DNA from: Basidiobolus meristosporus CBS 931.73
Taxonomy: Eukaryota > Fungi > Basidiobolomycota
Length of the DNA stretch: 51,856 bases
Reading direction: 5' to 3'
Assembly (NCBI GenBank): GCA_002104905.1
Contig: MCFE01000626.1
Span: forward strand, 1 to 51,856
Positions 27,397 to 38,713 of the stretch are shown in pieces. Position numbers and translations under genes: made by a program. The notes beneath the pieces were generated by a model, which was given only the letters and a program-made list of their open reading frames with translations, was not told the DNA's origin and did not search any database. Every line of letters starts with the position of its first letter. The first letter of the stretch is position 1.

Positions 27397-29232
27397 TTAT
27401 TTTAATGCCTCGTAGAAGAGCATATACGCTTCGCAGCCTAGCACCTCCTCCAAAGGCACTTCCTCCACTTTGTCATCAGATATCCTGAGCCAGCTGCAGT
27501 CCTCGCGTCTGCGGTAGGTGGCGAAGTGACCGGAATAATGACTTCCATAATGAACGACCACCGATCGGAGGGTGTACAGTGCGTGGTTGTCTGGGGAAGA
27601 TGGCCGGTAGGTGGAGATCGGCTTTAGCGGCGAGAGCGAGAGGTGGCCGTCCGTGCAGTATGGGCTCAAGTCCAGCTGGACCGGAAACTCGACCAGACAT
27701 GGATTCTTGGCGAGCATTCCGTTGGACAGATAGATGGATCGCGCGAGATGAAGGCACAGAACGGGTGGTGGTCGGGCGAACATCACCTGTTTTGTCGTGT
27801 GCTTGCTGGTGATACGAGTGATCTTGACCTCGGGCTATATTGCAGAATGGTTAGTGAGCGGCCACCAAATCCAGTAGAAACCTATGTGCCCTACCAGCTC
27901 AGCGGATACATCTCTAGCTAAAGCATCTTCGACCAGGGACAAATTGCTCTGTAGCTGCAACGTCTTGGCCTGGGTAGTTGCTTTGCTCAGAGCCTCCTTG
28001 ATGCGGCATCTGGTTGCATTCAAAGAGCATTGACGGCAGTTGAAGTCGGTGAGGGAGTCTATGCTGGTGTAGTTTCTTAGGCATTCCTTCAAAGTGCATC
28101 TGGCCTGGGCCCATCATGTCAGTGGCATCCTATGAAACGGAGCATGCAACTTACTGTCTGAGGGAGAGTGAGTGAGATGTTGTCAAATGCAAAATGCTTG
28201 ATCGTGTCCTAGATGAGGGGGCTCGTTAGCTTGGGGATGTTTGGCCCGCCGCTATCTAGGCTGCTAACCGTATAGCCACACTGAACACACGAGATTCGAT
28301 GGGCGGCGAATCCGGTGAATGGGTTGCGAACCATGCGAAGGGATGCCTTTTTCCTGGAGAATTAGCTCAATCTGCTAGCCGAGTTGCACATGGATACATA
28401 ATACGATCTTACCTCTGACCTCTGGTCATCCAAATCCAACGGAGAGATCGATAATTTGCGCGAGAAAATATCTTCTGCCTCTTCGCTGAGCCAGCTACTG
28501 ATTAGTTGAAATAGCTCTTGAGCATCCTTGAGGAGAAGGAGGAGTGGGTTAGTGCGTTTGTGACGTAGGCAAGTTGGTCTGGGTATTCACCTGTTCTTGT
28601 CGGCTGGAAACCCAGCTTTTCTTCTTTTCAAGGGAGCTCAGTATATCATATGGCGAGTAAACTTGCTTGTGCTTTAAAGGACGGCTGAGTTCTGCTTGAG
28701 AAGCCCTGTTTAGTCTCCTGGTCCGGGGTCACTCTGAGTGACACGTACCTTTGAGGGTAAGGTATAACGAACGAGTAATGGGCATTGTTTTCTCTGGATT
28801 TTCTGGCAATTGATCTTTACAGCAACCAGCCAAGTAATTCCTCAAATGGTCTAGTGAGGCTAAACTCTGAAAACCCCACGAACGGCGTAAGTGGAGCTGT
28901 TACACACGTCATTGAGGAAGACTTTGAGAGTTACCTGGAGAATGGAGTTCAGAAAACAAGTGTTTCCAAAGTTCTGGAGCCCCGTGTAGTACGAGCGTGT
29001 TGCTGCTGAGCAGAAAGGAGAGATAGAATAAGCGCCAGTTTCTGAAAAAGTCTGGCTTCCACATACCCTGCCCAACCTTCCTACTTCTCTTCTTTCGCCT
29101 CTTTCTACCGGACACCAAGGGCTCAGTCGAAGGGTAATTTGAGTAAATGGACAATGCAAGTAAGACCGACGCTACTCCAGTCGCACATTGTAAAGCGAAT
29201 ACTGGTACTTTTTCCGAATTCAAGTTGAACAT
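27397..29232 (-). CDS. USP30: Ubiquitin-specific protease with N-terminal transmembrane anchor, USP30/Ubp16-like
   Basis: GLQNFGNTCFLNSILQ (Cys box), QEQDAQELF, LRSVVVHYGSHYSGHFATYRR (His box), WLRISDDKV, EAYMLFYE; hydrophobic N-terminus followed by a basic patch. Confidence 0.8.
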
Positions 29233-29414
29233 CTGAGTCCAACGGTATATTGTACCGCACCGCCCAAGATGTATCCAAACCAAATTTGTCCCACCACTCA
29301 AAACTGCCCGATTCGTGTTGATCAATGATTTTTGGTCTACTCGCGATATATTCATTTGGCTAGTTGATCCGAGTTTATTGCCTACACATTGATGAAAAAG
29401 ATGGGATTTGATGG

Positions 29415-29960
29415 TTATGTTGAGGTAAGGAATTTGGAAAGCACGATCACTAGTGCCGTCCATGGAAGGGGGTTCTCTGTAGCACGTGAGCCGGAACTGG
29501 GCACGGCAGTCGCCGTCCCTGCCGACCCTTTGGTGGTTGAGGTGGAGGTGGAGGTGGAGGTAGAGGCTGGCTTGACTCCTAAGGTGGAAGTGGTGGCCAC
29601 CGTAGTAGTTGAGGGCTTGCTCGCAGAGTTTGACTGGGCTTGACTGGGCTGTGACTGGAAATGATCATTGATGCACTTATCGCGGCATTGTGCCCATTGG
29701 TTGGTATCAGCAGTATTACACTGTCGTACACACTGGATTGTGTCTTGAACTTGAGCGTCATTCGGCCCAGGGACATTGAAGCACGAAGCAATACAGTTTA
29801 CATCGGTTCCACATTTTTTGCTCTGCACGCATTGCTCGCGAGGGTCGACAGTTGGGGCTGAGGATTGGCTGCTGGACGATGGTGTCTGCCCCGATGCAAG
29901 TAGAGCCAATACCAAGGCAAGAGTAGCTGTGTTGAAGACTGCGCGGTAGATAGAAGGCAT
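29415..29960 (-). CDS. Secreted, probably GPI-anchored 8-Cys plus Ser/Thr-rich protein, 181 aa, intronless
   Basis: Signal-like TATLALVLALLASG; Cys at 44, 50, 56, 60, 77, 81, 92, 96; S/T stalk; hydrophobic C-terminal tail. Confidence 0.75.
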   Translation of the reverse strand: MPSIYRAVFNTATLALVLALLASGQTPSSSSQSSAPTVDPREQCVQSKKCGTDVNCIASCFNVPGPNDAQVQDTIQCVRQCNTADTNQWAQCRDKCINDHFQSQPSQAQSNSASKPSTTTVATTSTLGVKPASTSTSTSTSTTKGSAGTATAVPSSGSRATENPLPWTALVIVLSKFLTST

Positions 29961-30314
29961 GGCAAGTTTGTTGGGTACTTTTGCGCTCTGAGGTATTTAT
30001 GTGCTTGGAGATACAAAGTAGCCTATTCTATCTTATATGACACAAAGGGATACAAAGCAACCCATTCTAGCGGCCCTATTATTACCATCGTTAACCTTGA
30101 ACAATGTGCGGATCCCTTAACTATTGTTGCCATCTTTACCCTAATCTACACAATGCCCCATTCTAACCTCTAACCCACTGGCAATAATCCAGAACGGACA
30201 ATAGACCAACGGAATTCTTCGCCACTATGTCTACCAATGATCTACCAGACCACACGTTCTACATTTCAACTCCACGGACTGATGTGGAGAATGTTGCATT
30301 CACTCGTTGCTGGC

Positions 30315-30372
30315 GTGTAGAGATGTGCACGAGAAAGGTGTAGAGATGCGCACGAAAAAGGTGTAGAGATGT
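30315..30372. repeat. 23-bp tandem repeat x2.5 (GTGTAGAGATGYGCACGARAAAG) upstream of the zinc-finger gene
   Basis: Seen directly at 30315, 30338 and 30361. Confidence 0.9.
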
Positions 30373-30581
30373 CTTGATTTCGCTCTTCTCTTGGCCAAAC
30401 GATCATGTGTGGTGATTCATGCATGCAACCATGATGCAGCAGTCATCCGAGAATCTCGTGGCTGGAGTCGTTGGCAACGAGATTGTTGACACCAAGGGGA
30501 GCCGCACACCAAATAAAAGCCCTCGATCTTAGGTCAGTTAGCCCACTCTGACATCGCCAAGTATTCCACATCCTGCTCAGC

Positions 30582-31226
30582 ATGCTTCAAGTTAGCAAAC
30601 ACAACCTGGATACGATCCTCCTTCCAGGCGATAAGATGGAGAACGTAAGTGGCGAAAGACCATTCCCTTGCACCATATGCACAAAAGCGTTTCGGCGTCG
30701 CGAGCATCTGACTCGACACATTCGAACCCACACCGGCGAGAAACCCTACCCCTGTACCTTCCCTGGGTGCCAGAAACGATTCTCTCGCTCGGACGAGCTC
30801 TCAAGACACACCCGCACCCACACCAGACGTTCCCAGAACAACGCGCCATTTGCCACTCACCCCTATTTCCCGTTCAATAGCGATCTTAACTACAAGAGCC
30901 GGCTTTTCGGCCTTGGCCATTCCAGAATCGATGCGTACTTGACAGACTGCTCGTCTGAGACTGCCAACATCTGGAACATCACCGGCTCCCCCAGCATGTA
31001 TCAACCGATACCGGTGAGGGCTACCGACTACTTCAGCTTCCAGGAAATCCCCGGGGGAATGAGCCCGGCAGAGTCCATCAGCTCTTTTGGTACCAGTAGT
31101 ACCAACCCGAAGGAGAACGACGACCTTGTCAGCCCCGCATTCGGCTTTAGCCACGGAGCTCATCCTTTCGCCCGAGCTGAAGATGAACGAAAGCTACCTC
31201 CCATCGAGCGTCTACCCGGAATCTAA
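30582..31226 (+). CDS. C2H2 zinc-finger transcription factor, CreA/Mig1-type (start may be 30637)
   Basis: [55 protein letters not shown]; C-terminal LPPI motif. Confidence 0.85.
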   Translation: MLQVSKHNLDTILLPGDKMENVSGERPFPCTICTKAFRRREHLTRHIRTHTGEKPYPCTFPGCQKRFSRSDELSRHTRTHTRRSQNNAPFATHPYFPFNSDLNYKSRLFGLGHSRIDAYLTDCSSETANIWNITGSPSMYQPIPVRATDYFSFQEIPGGMSPAESISSFGTSSTNPKENDDLVSPAFGFSHGAHPFARAEDERKLPPIERLPGI

Positions 31227-31565
31227 CCACAGGGACATTTACTAGAGCGTTTACCGGGAGTCTGACCACATAAACTTTCATTCGAGCTGTTCAGCTTACA
31301 CGCATATACACATCCTTCATTTCAAGTTAATAAAGCAGATATCCGCAGATATCCATTTTGCCCTGCATCCCCTGCATCTGGGAGGCACTCACAGGCTGAA
31401 TGAAGTGCCGTTTATTCCGTATCATTGCCATTGCATGCGTCTCCCTTTACAGGATTGGTGTTTCGGTGGAATGGTTTCGTGTTTAAAATATACAGTTTCG
31501 TAGAAGAATGAGTAGGGAAAACAAAAAATGGCCAAAATACAATGGTGAGTTGGGGGGGGGGCTCT

Positions 31566-33263
31566 CTACCCCGCTTTCCTCAACTGTACGTAGTCCAGTA
31601 CCTTGGCATGAGAAGAAACCGTTAGCAACGAGGGAAAGTGCAGATCCTGAAAACCCAGTTACCAATCCAGTTTTCCACGAATCCCTGTCCGAGACGATCT
31701 CAAAGCCGACGTCCGCGTAACAGTAGCTTCCGTCAACGACAAGCTGCTGGGGTGCCACCAGATCGAACCATCCGATCCCTGCCGTGCGCTGAAAAAAACT
31801 TATCCCAGGATCCAACTCCACGAAGTGACCCTTCTCGATCTCCTCGGATTTATTGGGCAGCGTCACGAACCGGTCCGCCCCGCTTTCCAGCTCGAATTCT
31901 TCCGGCACTCCCTTCGGAAATGGGTTAGGTTGCTGCTTGCGAACGGTTCGCTTCCTCTCCACTTACCAGTACCCGGGCTACGAAGAGAGTGTTGCGCATA
32001 TAGGATCGATGAAAGACTTTGATCTTCCATATGACATCGTAGCGCCCGCGAGGCACGCCTTCTAATGTAGCTTTTGACTTTGTTGGAATGAGGATAAGTA
32101 ACCCACTCGGCGCAACGAAACACCTGGCCCACTTACATAGAATCCATAGAAATCGTTCAGGCACAAAACCATACCAGAGGCGCTATACCAACAGTTAGTC
32201 GGCGGGAAACGCAAGGAAAGGGTTCACTCGAAAGGCTACCTGAATTCGTCGTATTCCCGAAAAGAGTTGGATCCTTGGCCTTGTCTGGCGAACCCATTGG
32301 CAATGGATATCCTCATGACCGCTGAAAAATCCCCGTTAGCCTTGACCCCTTCGATGATCATACCCGTGCAATACTAACATTTCTCCTTGTAAACCTCTTT
32401 ACACTTTTGACCGATGCCCAGGGTACGCAGGTGGTGTCTGCCAAATCGACGGCTTGGGAAGAGTCAACGATACATTCGGTAGATGTCGGTGGGCAATACA
32501 AAATCTCTAGCTTACCAGACCATCATGCGCCATAGTCGATCGTCTTGGCAGAGCTCATTGAAGTATTTACAGACCTAGAATGCAAACGCCTCGTTAGTCT
32601 TCTGTCAGGCAAGCTGTATGCGTGTGCGTGTATGGCGCAAGATGTTCACTCAGCAGACACTCTTGCTCTAGCGAAGTGATAGAAATTCAGGCCCTCTTCA
32701 AAAAGAAGTGAGAGCAATTCGAGAGGAAGCTGCGAAAGGGAGCCAAACAGTGGCGCACGTGACCGTGCCCCTTTGCCTTCATCAGAAGCGAGGCTTTCTT
32801 TTACGCGTAAGAAAAACCGAAGCCACCCAACTCCCAACACTCCTCCCCCAAAAGCACACACGAACAAAAAAGCACACGGGTGAAGCGAAGGGAAACCAAC
32901 CTGGCACACTCTATAAATATCTTGGCCACTAAGAAAGGAGAATATCAGCAGCACGATCTCAGCCGGTAGCGAGATTAAGGGCGTGGTGGGATTGTTCTTG
33001 TCCCAGGTGTGATTTTGCATGTGTACGTTTGAACTGAGCGAGCCGTGATTGTCGTGATTGCTGCACGAGGAATCGTTTGGTTGTGGCTTGTTTGGGCTCC
33101 CCTGGTTGTGATTCAACAGTTGTATGCCGTTCGTACCCCCAAAAGGGGCGTTTTCCCCCTGGCCGCCAGCACTACTTCTGATGGGTAAACATTTTGCTGA
33201 GTGTGAAGGATAGACTAGATTACGTGGTTGACTTTCGGCTTTCTGAAAGTTGATATCGGTCAT
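31566..33263 (-). CDS. F-box protein with a probable C-terminal PP2/Nictaba-like lectin domain, multi-exon
   Basis: F-box LISLPAEIVLLIFSFL...VCQ/VCKYFNELCQDDRLW; C-terminal GVPRGRYDVIWKIK...GWFDLV...DVGFEIV.DRDSWKTGL/VLDYVQLR*. F-box is secure, PP2 is moderate. Confidence 0.7.
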
Positions 33264-33668
33264 GAAATATAGAGGACTCTATTTTGGGAGCGGGGGAGTA
33301 AGCAGAGAGGAGATGGAGAACTTCTAAAAATTAAGCTTGTCGTCAGTGTGTAGTCAAGGTATATTGATAGGCACTCCTAGAAAATTCGCAAAAAAACCGC
33401 CTAAACTAGAATGTCCAAAAGGATGACCCCACAAAAGGAATTCGAAGTAGCTAAGGTATGTGTTACTGATGTGTACAGGGGAGCCAATGATACAAGTGGG
33501 CCCTTAATTTTGGGGGGAGAAAGTGAGTATTCGGGAATAGATAATCAACAGATGGATGCAATCTGACATCCAGCAATGTGCCAATCCGGGATAAATGAGC
33601 TAATTATGGTTTATTAGGTATGTTGGCGTTTATTACTCTATGACATGTCTAAGCATACAGCTCCGAAG

Positions 33669-34329
33669 CTATTTGCTGTATCCTACATGTGATTATCGGT
33701 AAGGCACTGGCATAGCATAGTATCATGGCCAAGGCTGACTTACCAATGATTCCACAGGCGATTCTTTTCCCGGCGTCCCCCGTCTCTTTGGAGCCTGGAG
33801 CCTCGCCATGGCCCAGGTTGTCTTCTTTTTCATGGATCACTATGGAACGACTGTCGAATGGTTAGCCACAGGCGAGAGGTGATTCGCGGGCTTGCACTTA
33901 CCCGACAATACTATTTCCGCCGTGCAACCTGATAAGGCTGTCGTGAAGCACGAACACCACATTCCCTGCGCTATCAGAGACGATGTTCCCAAGGTCACCG
34001 ACATGTCTGTCGGAGTCTTTGGGTGCTGAATGGGTTTTGTTATGTGGGTTGTAGTGAGGCCCAGCGTTGCTGCACTCGTTGCCAATGTCCCCATACTGGT
34101 GGATGTGCAATCCATGCTTGCCTGGGGTGAGGCCAGTCAGATTACCGTGAACGGCCACTATATCATCGTCGTTCATTTGAGTGAAACGAATGGTTCCTTT
34201 TATGGCTGGATTAGGGTTATCTATAAATGCGGTTGCCCGATATACCTCAGGCACAAAGGCGTAACTGTAAGGACGACCCAACACGCTCCATATAAGCGAA
34301 GCTAGCGATAGAGCCTTGGAACCGCGCAT
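33669..34329 (-). CDS. Cu/Zn superoxide dismutase with an N-terminal hydrophobic leader (probably secreted), 3 exons
   Basis: [50 protein letters not shown]; leader [18 protein letters not shown]. Confidence 0.9.
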
Positions 34330-34343
34330 TTAAAAGTGAGTTA

Positions 34344-34393
34344 AGGTTAGGTTAGGTTTGGTTAGGTTAGGTCAGGCCAAGTCAAGTCAGGTC
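34344..34393. repeat. Degenerate (AGGTT)n/(AAGTC)n pentamer run just upstream of the SOD start codon
   Basis: Seen directly. Confidence 0.8.
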
Positions 34394-34582
34394 TGCTACG
34401 CTTGTGAGTCCCGCCGCTTAAATACACACAACACAAGAAATGCCATCATTATCATCGGAAATAAAGAACATTCGTTACGAATTCTTATTGTCTAGTGTAC
34501 TTTATATCATTGTTCATCAATGTGGATTTGTAGATTTGTAGATTCGTTACAATCACCACATATTGGAGTGTTTCCAATGTCT

Positions 34583-35439
34583 TCATATCTCTTTAGCTGC
34601 TGAGTTTGTACGTGGCAGCATATCGTCTCCTTTGCGCAACAGCACGTTAAGGAACGACTTGAGCATACCGTTTCCTTTGTAGCGGCGCTGGATGTTGACT
34701 GTTCCCACTTGCGGTGTGGTGTTTGTCTGGGATGATTCGGCCCCTAAAATTGATGTGGTGTTTGAGAGGGAAATCTTCAGCTAGAAAATCAAAAGAAAAA
34801 ACGAACCATAGTTGGGCAGAGTCAGGTCGTTGGCACTTAACGAGATGAAGTAGATAAAGGGAACAAGCCAGACGCAAATGGCAAAGAACGCACCAATTTG
34901 CGTGACTGGGGTGGCATGGATTGTGAAGTATTGGAACCAAAGGAAGTGATCAGCGAGAACCACAGCTACAAAGGCAAAGTGAATAAAAGACCCCGACCGA
35001 GAATGCCCAAGTCAAGCATACCGCAACTGGCGATGAAAGGAGCTCCTAGCAAATTGATGAACGGGAAAGTCTTCAAATTCAAACTATACACTCCGTGGCA
35101 CAAAACGGAGAATGCGATGCGCCAGAAAGGAAGACCATCAAACAAAAGTAGTACGTGAATACCGAGGATAATCTGGAGAAGGTGTCCGATTTAGATCAAG
35201 CAGGAGAGATACGCTCGGGTAAACACTTACGATGGTGATTAGCTTGATCAGCTTCTTGGTGACCACCGTGTATTCTTCTACCAGCTCGGATAAATAATAC
35301 AGCCCGCAGGCTAAGGCCAAAGAAAAAGGGATGAATATTTGCTCGGCCTGATCAATCAACAACGGAGATTACCTATACTTAACACCACGAGCGAAAATCC
35401 TAGGACGAGGCCAAGATATGACAGTAGTTGCATAAACAT
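34583..35439 (-). CDS. SVP26: ER-to-Golgi adaptor Svp26/TEX261
   Basis: LSI/ACGLYYLSELVEEYTV; ADHFLWFQYF; FFAICVWLVPFIYFISLSANDLTLP. Confidence 0.92.
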
Positions 35440-35740
35440 GGTTCAGCTGAAGCAAAGTCCGTGTGTTGTGGATATTTAAGTGCAAATTTCGACAAAGGAA
35501 TCTCTGTAAACACTAAATCACCAATAACTCCGCTAATTAAACCACTCGGATATTCATCAATAACTCATCACCGATTAAACTACTCGGAAATTAATCAATC
35601 TGTCTGTCTATTCAGGCATCTGTTGTACAGTAAAAGTATATCCATTTGAAGCGCCCAAGCTGAGAGCAGCAGAGTATGATGATTTATTAGAAGCTCAAAC
35701 AGTAATGACTTGGAGTTGGTTGTCTATACTATCTATGTTT

Positions 35741-38282
35741 TCAGCGTCTGCTCTTCTCTTTCTGTTGTTTCTTCTCCTGTGCTTCGCGCTTCTTTCGCTC
35801 TTCGATATCCTTCAAAATCTCCTCCCACTCCTTTAGCTGTGGCTCAAACTCAATATACCTTTCCTCAGCCATTTGGAAACCATCTCTACGCAGCGCCTTG
35901 CCGGTACGTTGAGTCTCTTCGTATGCCTTTTGTACCCAGTAGGTGTTGGTTCTTTCGAAAAATTCCCGGAGACTTTCGCCAGGCTTCGGGGTATCTTCCG
36001 CGGCTTCTAGTTCCTCTAGTTTATTGCGCTGACGGGGTTTGGATTAAGCAGTTAGATAGCGATCAAGAAGGGAACATGCAGTAGTCCACATACATCAACT
36101 CGTGCGTGTCTACCGAGCCCTCCAGTAGCGGCAACACCGCTGGATTCCTTGATCTTAGGCTTCTCCACAGCTTCCCCGTCGTTGGTCTCACCTTCGTTAC
36201 CATTCTCCTCTTCTTCCTCCTCCTCTTCGTCGTCGTCCTCCTCATCATCGTCCTCATCGTCGTCACTATTTTCGCCTAACCAGACCTGCGCTTCAATGTT
36301 GGGCTTCTTGATGCAGACAAATTCGTTTAGCTTGTCCAGATTAAGAGAGTAGAAATCATCCAAGGTAAACTCTCTGTCTCCGACTTCGAGGATACCACCG
36401 TAACTAGGGATAGGAAGCATGAATCGGGTGTTGGGACGATTCAAAGGCACATCATTACTTACATATAGAGATGGTTCTTCACCACACACATCATCGCGTT
36501 ATATCTAGGCGAAGGCTTTTCTGGCTCCTCGGGTTCACCAGAAGCCTCCTCCGAATGGACATCCTATGGACTCCCAAGTTAAATCAATGTACCAGACTGA
36601 TGGAGCCTACGTGCGCCTACCCCGTTGCTTTCATGGTTGTTTTCCTCGTCGTCGTCGTCGTCGCTTCGCACAGCGTCGTCCACGACTTTCTTAGCTTTCT
36701 TCTTCTTCTTGTCCTTTTTGGGCAAGCGTAGGGTCAACGGATACCACTTGTTCGTGTCGCATTGATATGTGTACATCTCGTTGTAACAGACAGTCTCCAT
36801 CTTCTCATCATTAATCTCTTCATCGTAGACACCTCCAAACAAAGTGGCCCTATTCTTGTAGACAACCATGGTGCCACCGGTTCTAGGACTGCGGAGGATG
36901 TTAGTGGACAGCCAGGGTCACAGACGCAAATAACCTTACGTGGGTACAAAGCCTTGTCTCTTACGACGTTCCCATCGAATCAGCTTGGGATCAGTGTTCA
37001 TCTTTAGCATCCATATGTCTACCGGAAGATTAGAAAAGAAGCGGGAAGTCGAGCAAAAAACACCTTACCGCTGAGGAGCACATGGTTAGAAACGGGGAGC
37101 GACACGTGGCTAAAGACCAAAAGAGAGAAACATACCTGTGGACAATCCCTTTGGCTTCGCCGCCCTTGACGAATTCACGGCAGTAACCTCCATACAGGAA
37201 TACGTTGTCGCCATAGGAGAAAAACTGGAATCCACTTCGAGGACTGGAGGACACATGCAATTAGACAAGCGGCGTCGATGTAAACCCTGCCAATAAATAC
37301 CTGGGTCTGTTGGAGTTTTCAGGGAATTCAACCTTGCTCCACTTGTACTCCAGCGTATCAAACAACCACAAATCGTCATAGTAGCGGGTTGTTTGAACAT
37401 TGTCGTAAAAGCCACCAAACAGCACCAAGTAATGCTTCCAGAGGGTCATACGGTGTCCAGACCTTGGTGGTGGCAAAGGCTTAATCTCCAGCTTTGTCCA
37501 CTCGCTGCTCTTCAGATCAAAGCTCCAGAAATCGCGATAGTGGAAAAACTTGGTTTCGTTTGAAGAGGCAAACTCACCGCCAAACAAGTACATTGTTCCA
37601 CTTGGAGTAGCTACCATCTGATGCGACGATCTTGGCCCAGGGGAATTTGGGGAGGTGATCTTCTTCCATTCATTTTTGTCGACATTGTAGCTAGGAGTCC
37701 AATTTAGCATATGCCTTCCAGCCCATCGAGCCATCCCGAAAAACCTACCGGAATAATTCATTGTAAAACGTGCAGCGTGCTCCGTCGTAGTATTCGCCAC
37801 CAAAGAAGAGCAATTCGTTCGCGTTGGGTAACGGATTAGAGGTAAGCGTTGCGTTTCCTCGGAACGAAGGCGCTTCACCCACAAGCTCTTCGACAACCTT
37901 GAACCTTTCCAATTGCTGTTGTATCGGGTAGCTCAATCCTTAGCCATTGACCAATGAGCAGAACTGATAGATATCCCAGCCGTACCTCACGCTCGAAATT
38001 TGCAAGAATAGCCTCGATGTCTTCGTCCGAATCTTCCTCGTGATTCTTGGACTTTGACTTTTTCTCCTTTTTAGCTTGCTTTACCGCGGCCTGGAAAGGT
38101 TTGCAAACGTTCAGTATCTTCACCTCCCATAGACTACAAACTCAACTTTGTTCACCTTGGCCTTTTTCTCTTCCTTCAAAGCCTTATTCTTCTTCTTCTT
38201 ATCTTTGGCTAATGGCGAAACCGAAGTCAATATCTTGTCGAACGAAGCATTCACGTCTTTCCCACGTCTTTCTCTTACCCAT
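35741..38282 (-). CDS. KEL3: Kelch-repeat protein Kel3/KLHDC4 with C-terminal DUF4110-like segment; first exon is ATG+G only
   Basis: FGGEYYDG, SPGPRSSHQ, FGGEFAS..ETKFFHYRDFW, PPPRSGHRM, RSGFQF, PKPGESLREFFERT..YW...LRRDGF.MAEERY. Confidence 0.9.
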
Positions 38283-38358
38283 AGTAATACACACGAGCTT
38301 GGCTACTGCAATTCAATCGCCGGTAACCAAGATATAATAAGAATCCATTGAAACTTTT

Positions 38359-38562
38359 TTTCTTGATTAATCATTCAGTTGATTGATCTGATCGGTTCAC
38401 CTTGACCAAAGCATAATCCAATTTATCTAATTGCAGCACCCAATTTCAGTACATGCGTGTTTTCTTGATTAATCATTCAGTTGATTGATCTGATCGGTTC
38501 ACCTTGACCAAAGCATAATCCAATTTATCTAATTGCAGCACCCAATTTCAGTACATGCGTGT
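38359..38562. repeat. Perfect 102-bp tandem duplication in the KEL3/lyase divergent promoter
   Basis: 38359-38460 is identical to 38461-38562 by eye. Confidence 0.95.
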
Positions 38563-38713
38563 ATAGTGGAGGTAACAAATATAGTCAACGTAGGCAACAA
38601 ATAGGCCATCATGCACCTGATCCGAATGCCTCCCTAGACTGGAGATAGATTCAAAAGCGCCAACCCGCCGTACCAACCCACTGTACCACCTTAATTCTCT
38701 TTATATCCAAACC

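Noticed and set aside
32575-32900. Unusually long (326 nt) F-box intron with TGATGA and CTGA words and a CACGTG box; possible C/D snoRNA
   Set aside because: No terminal stem and no rRNA-complementary guide that I can recognise
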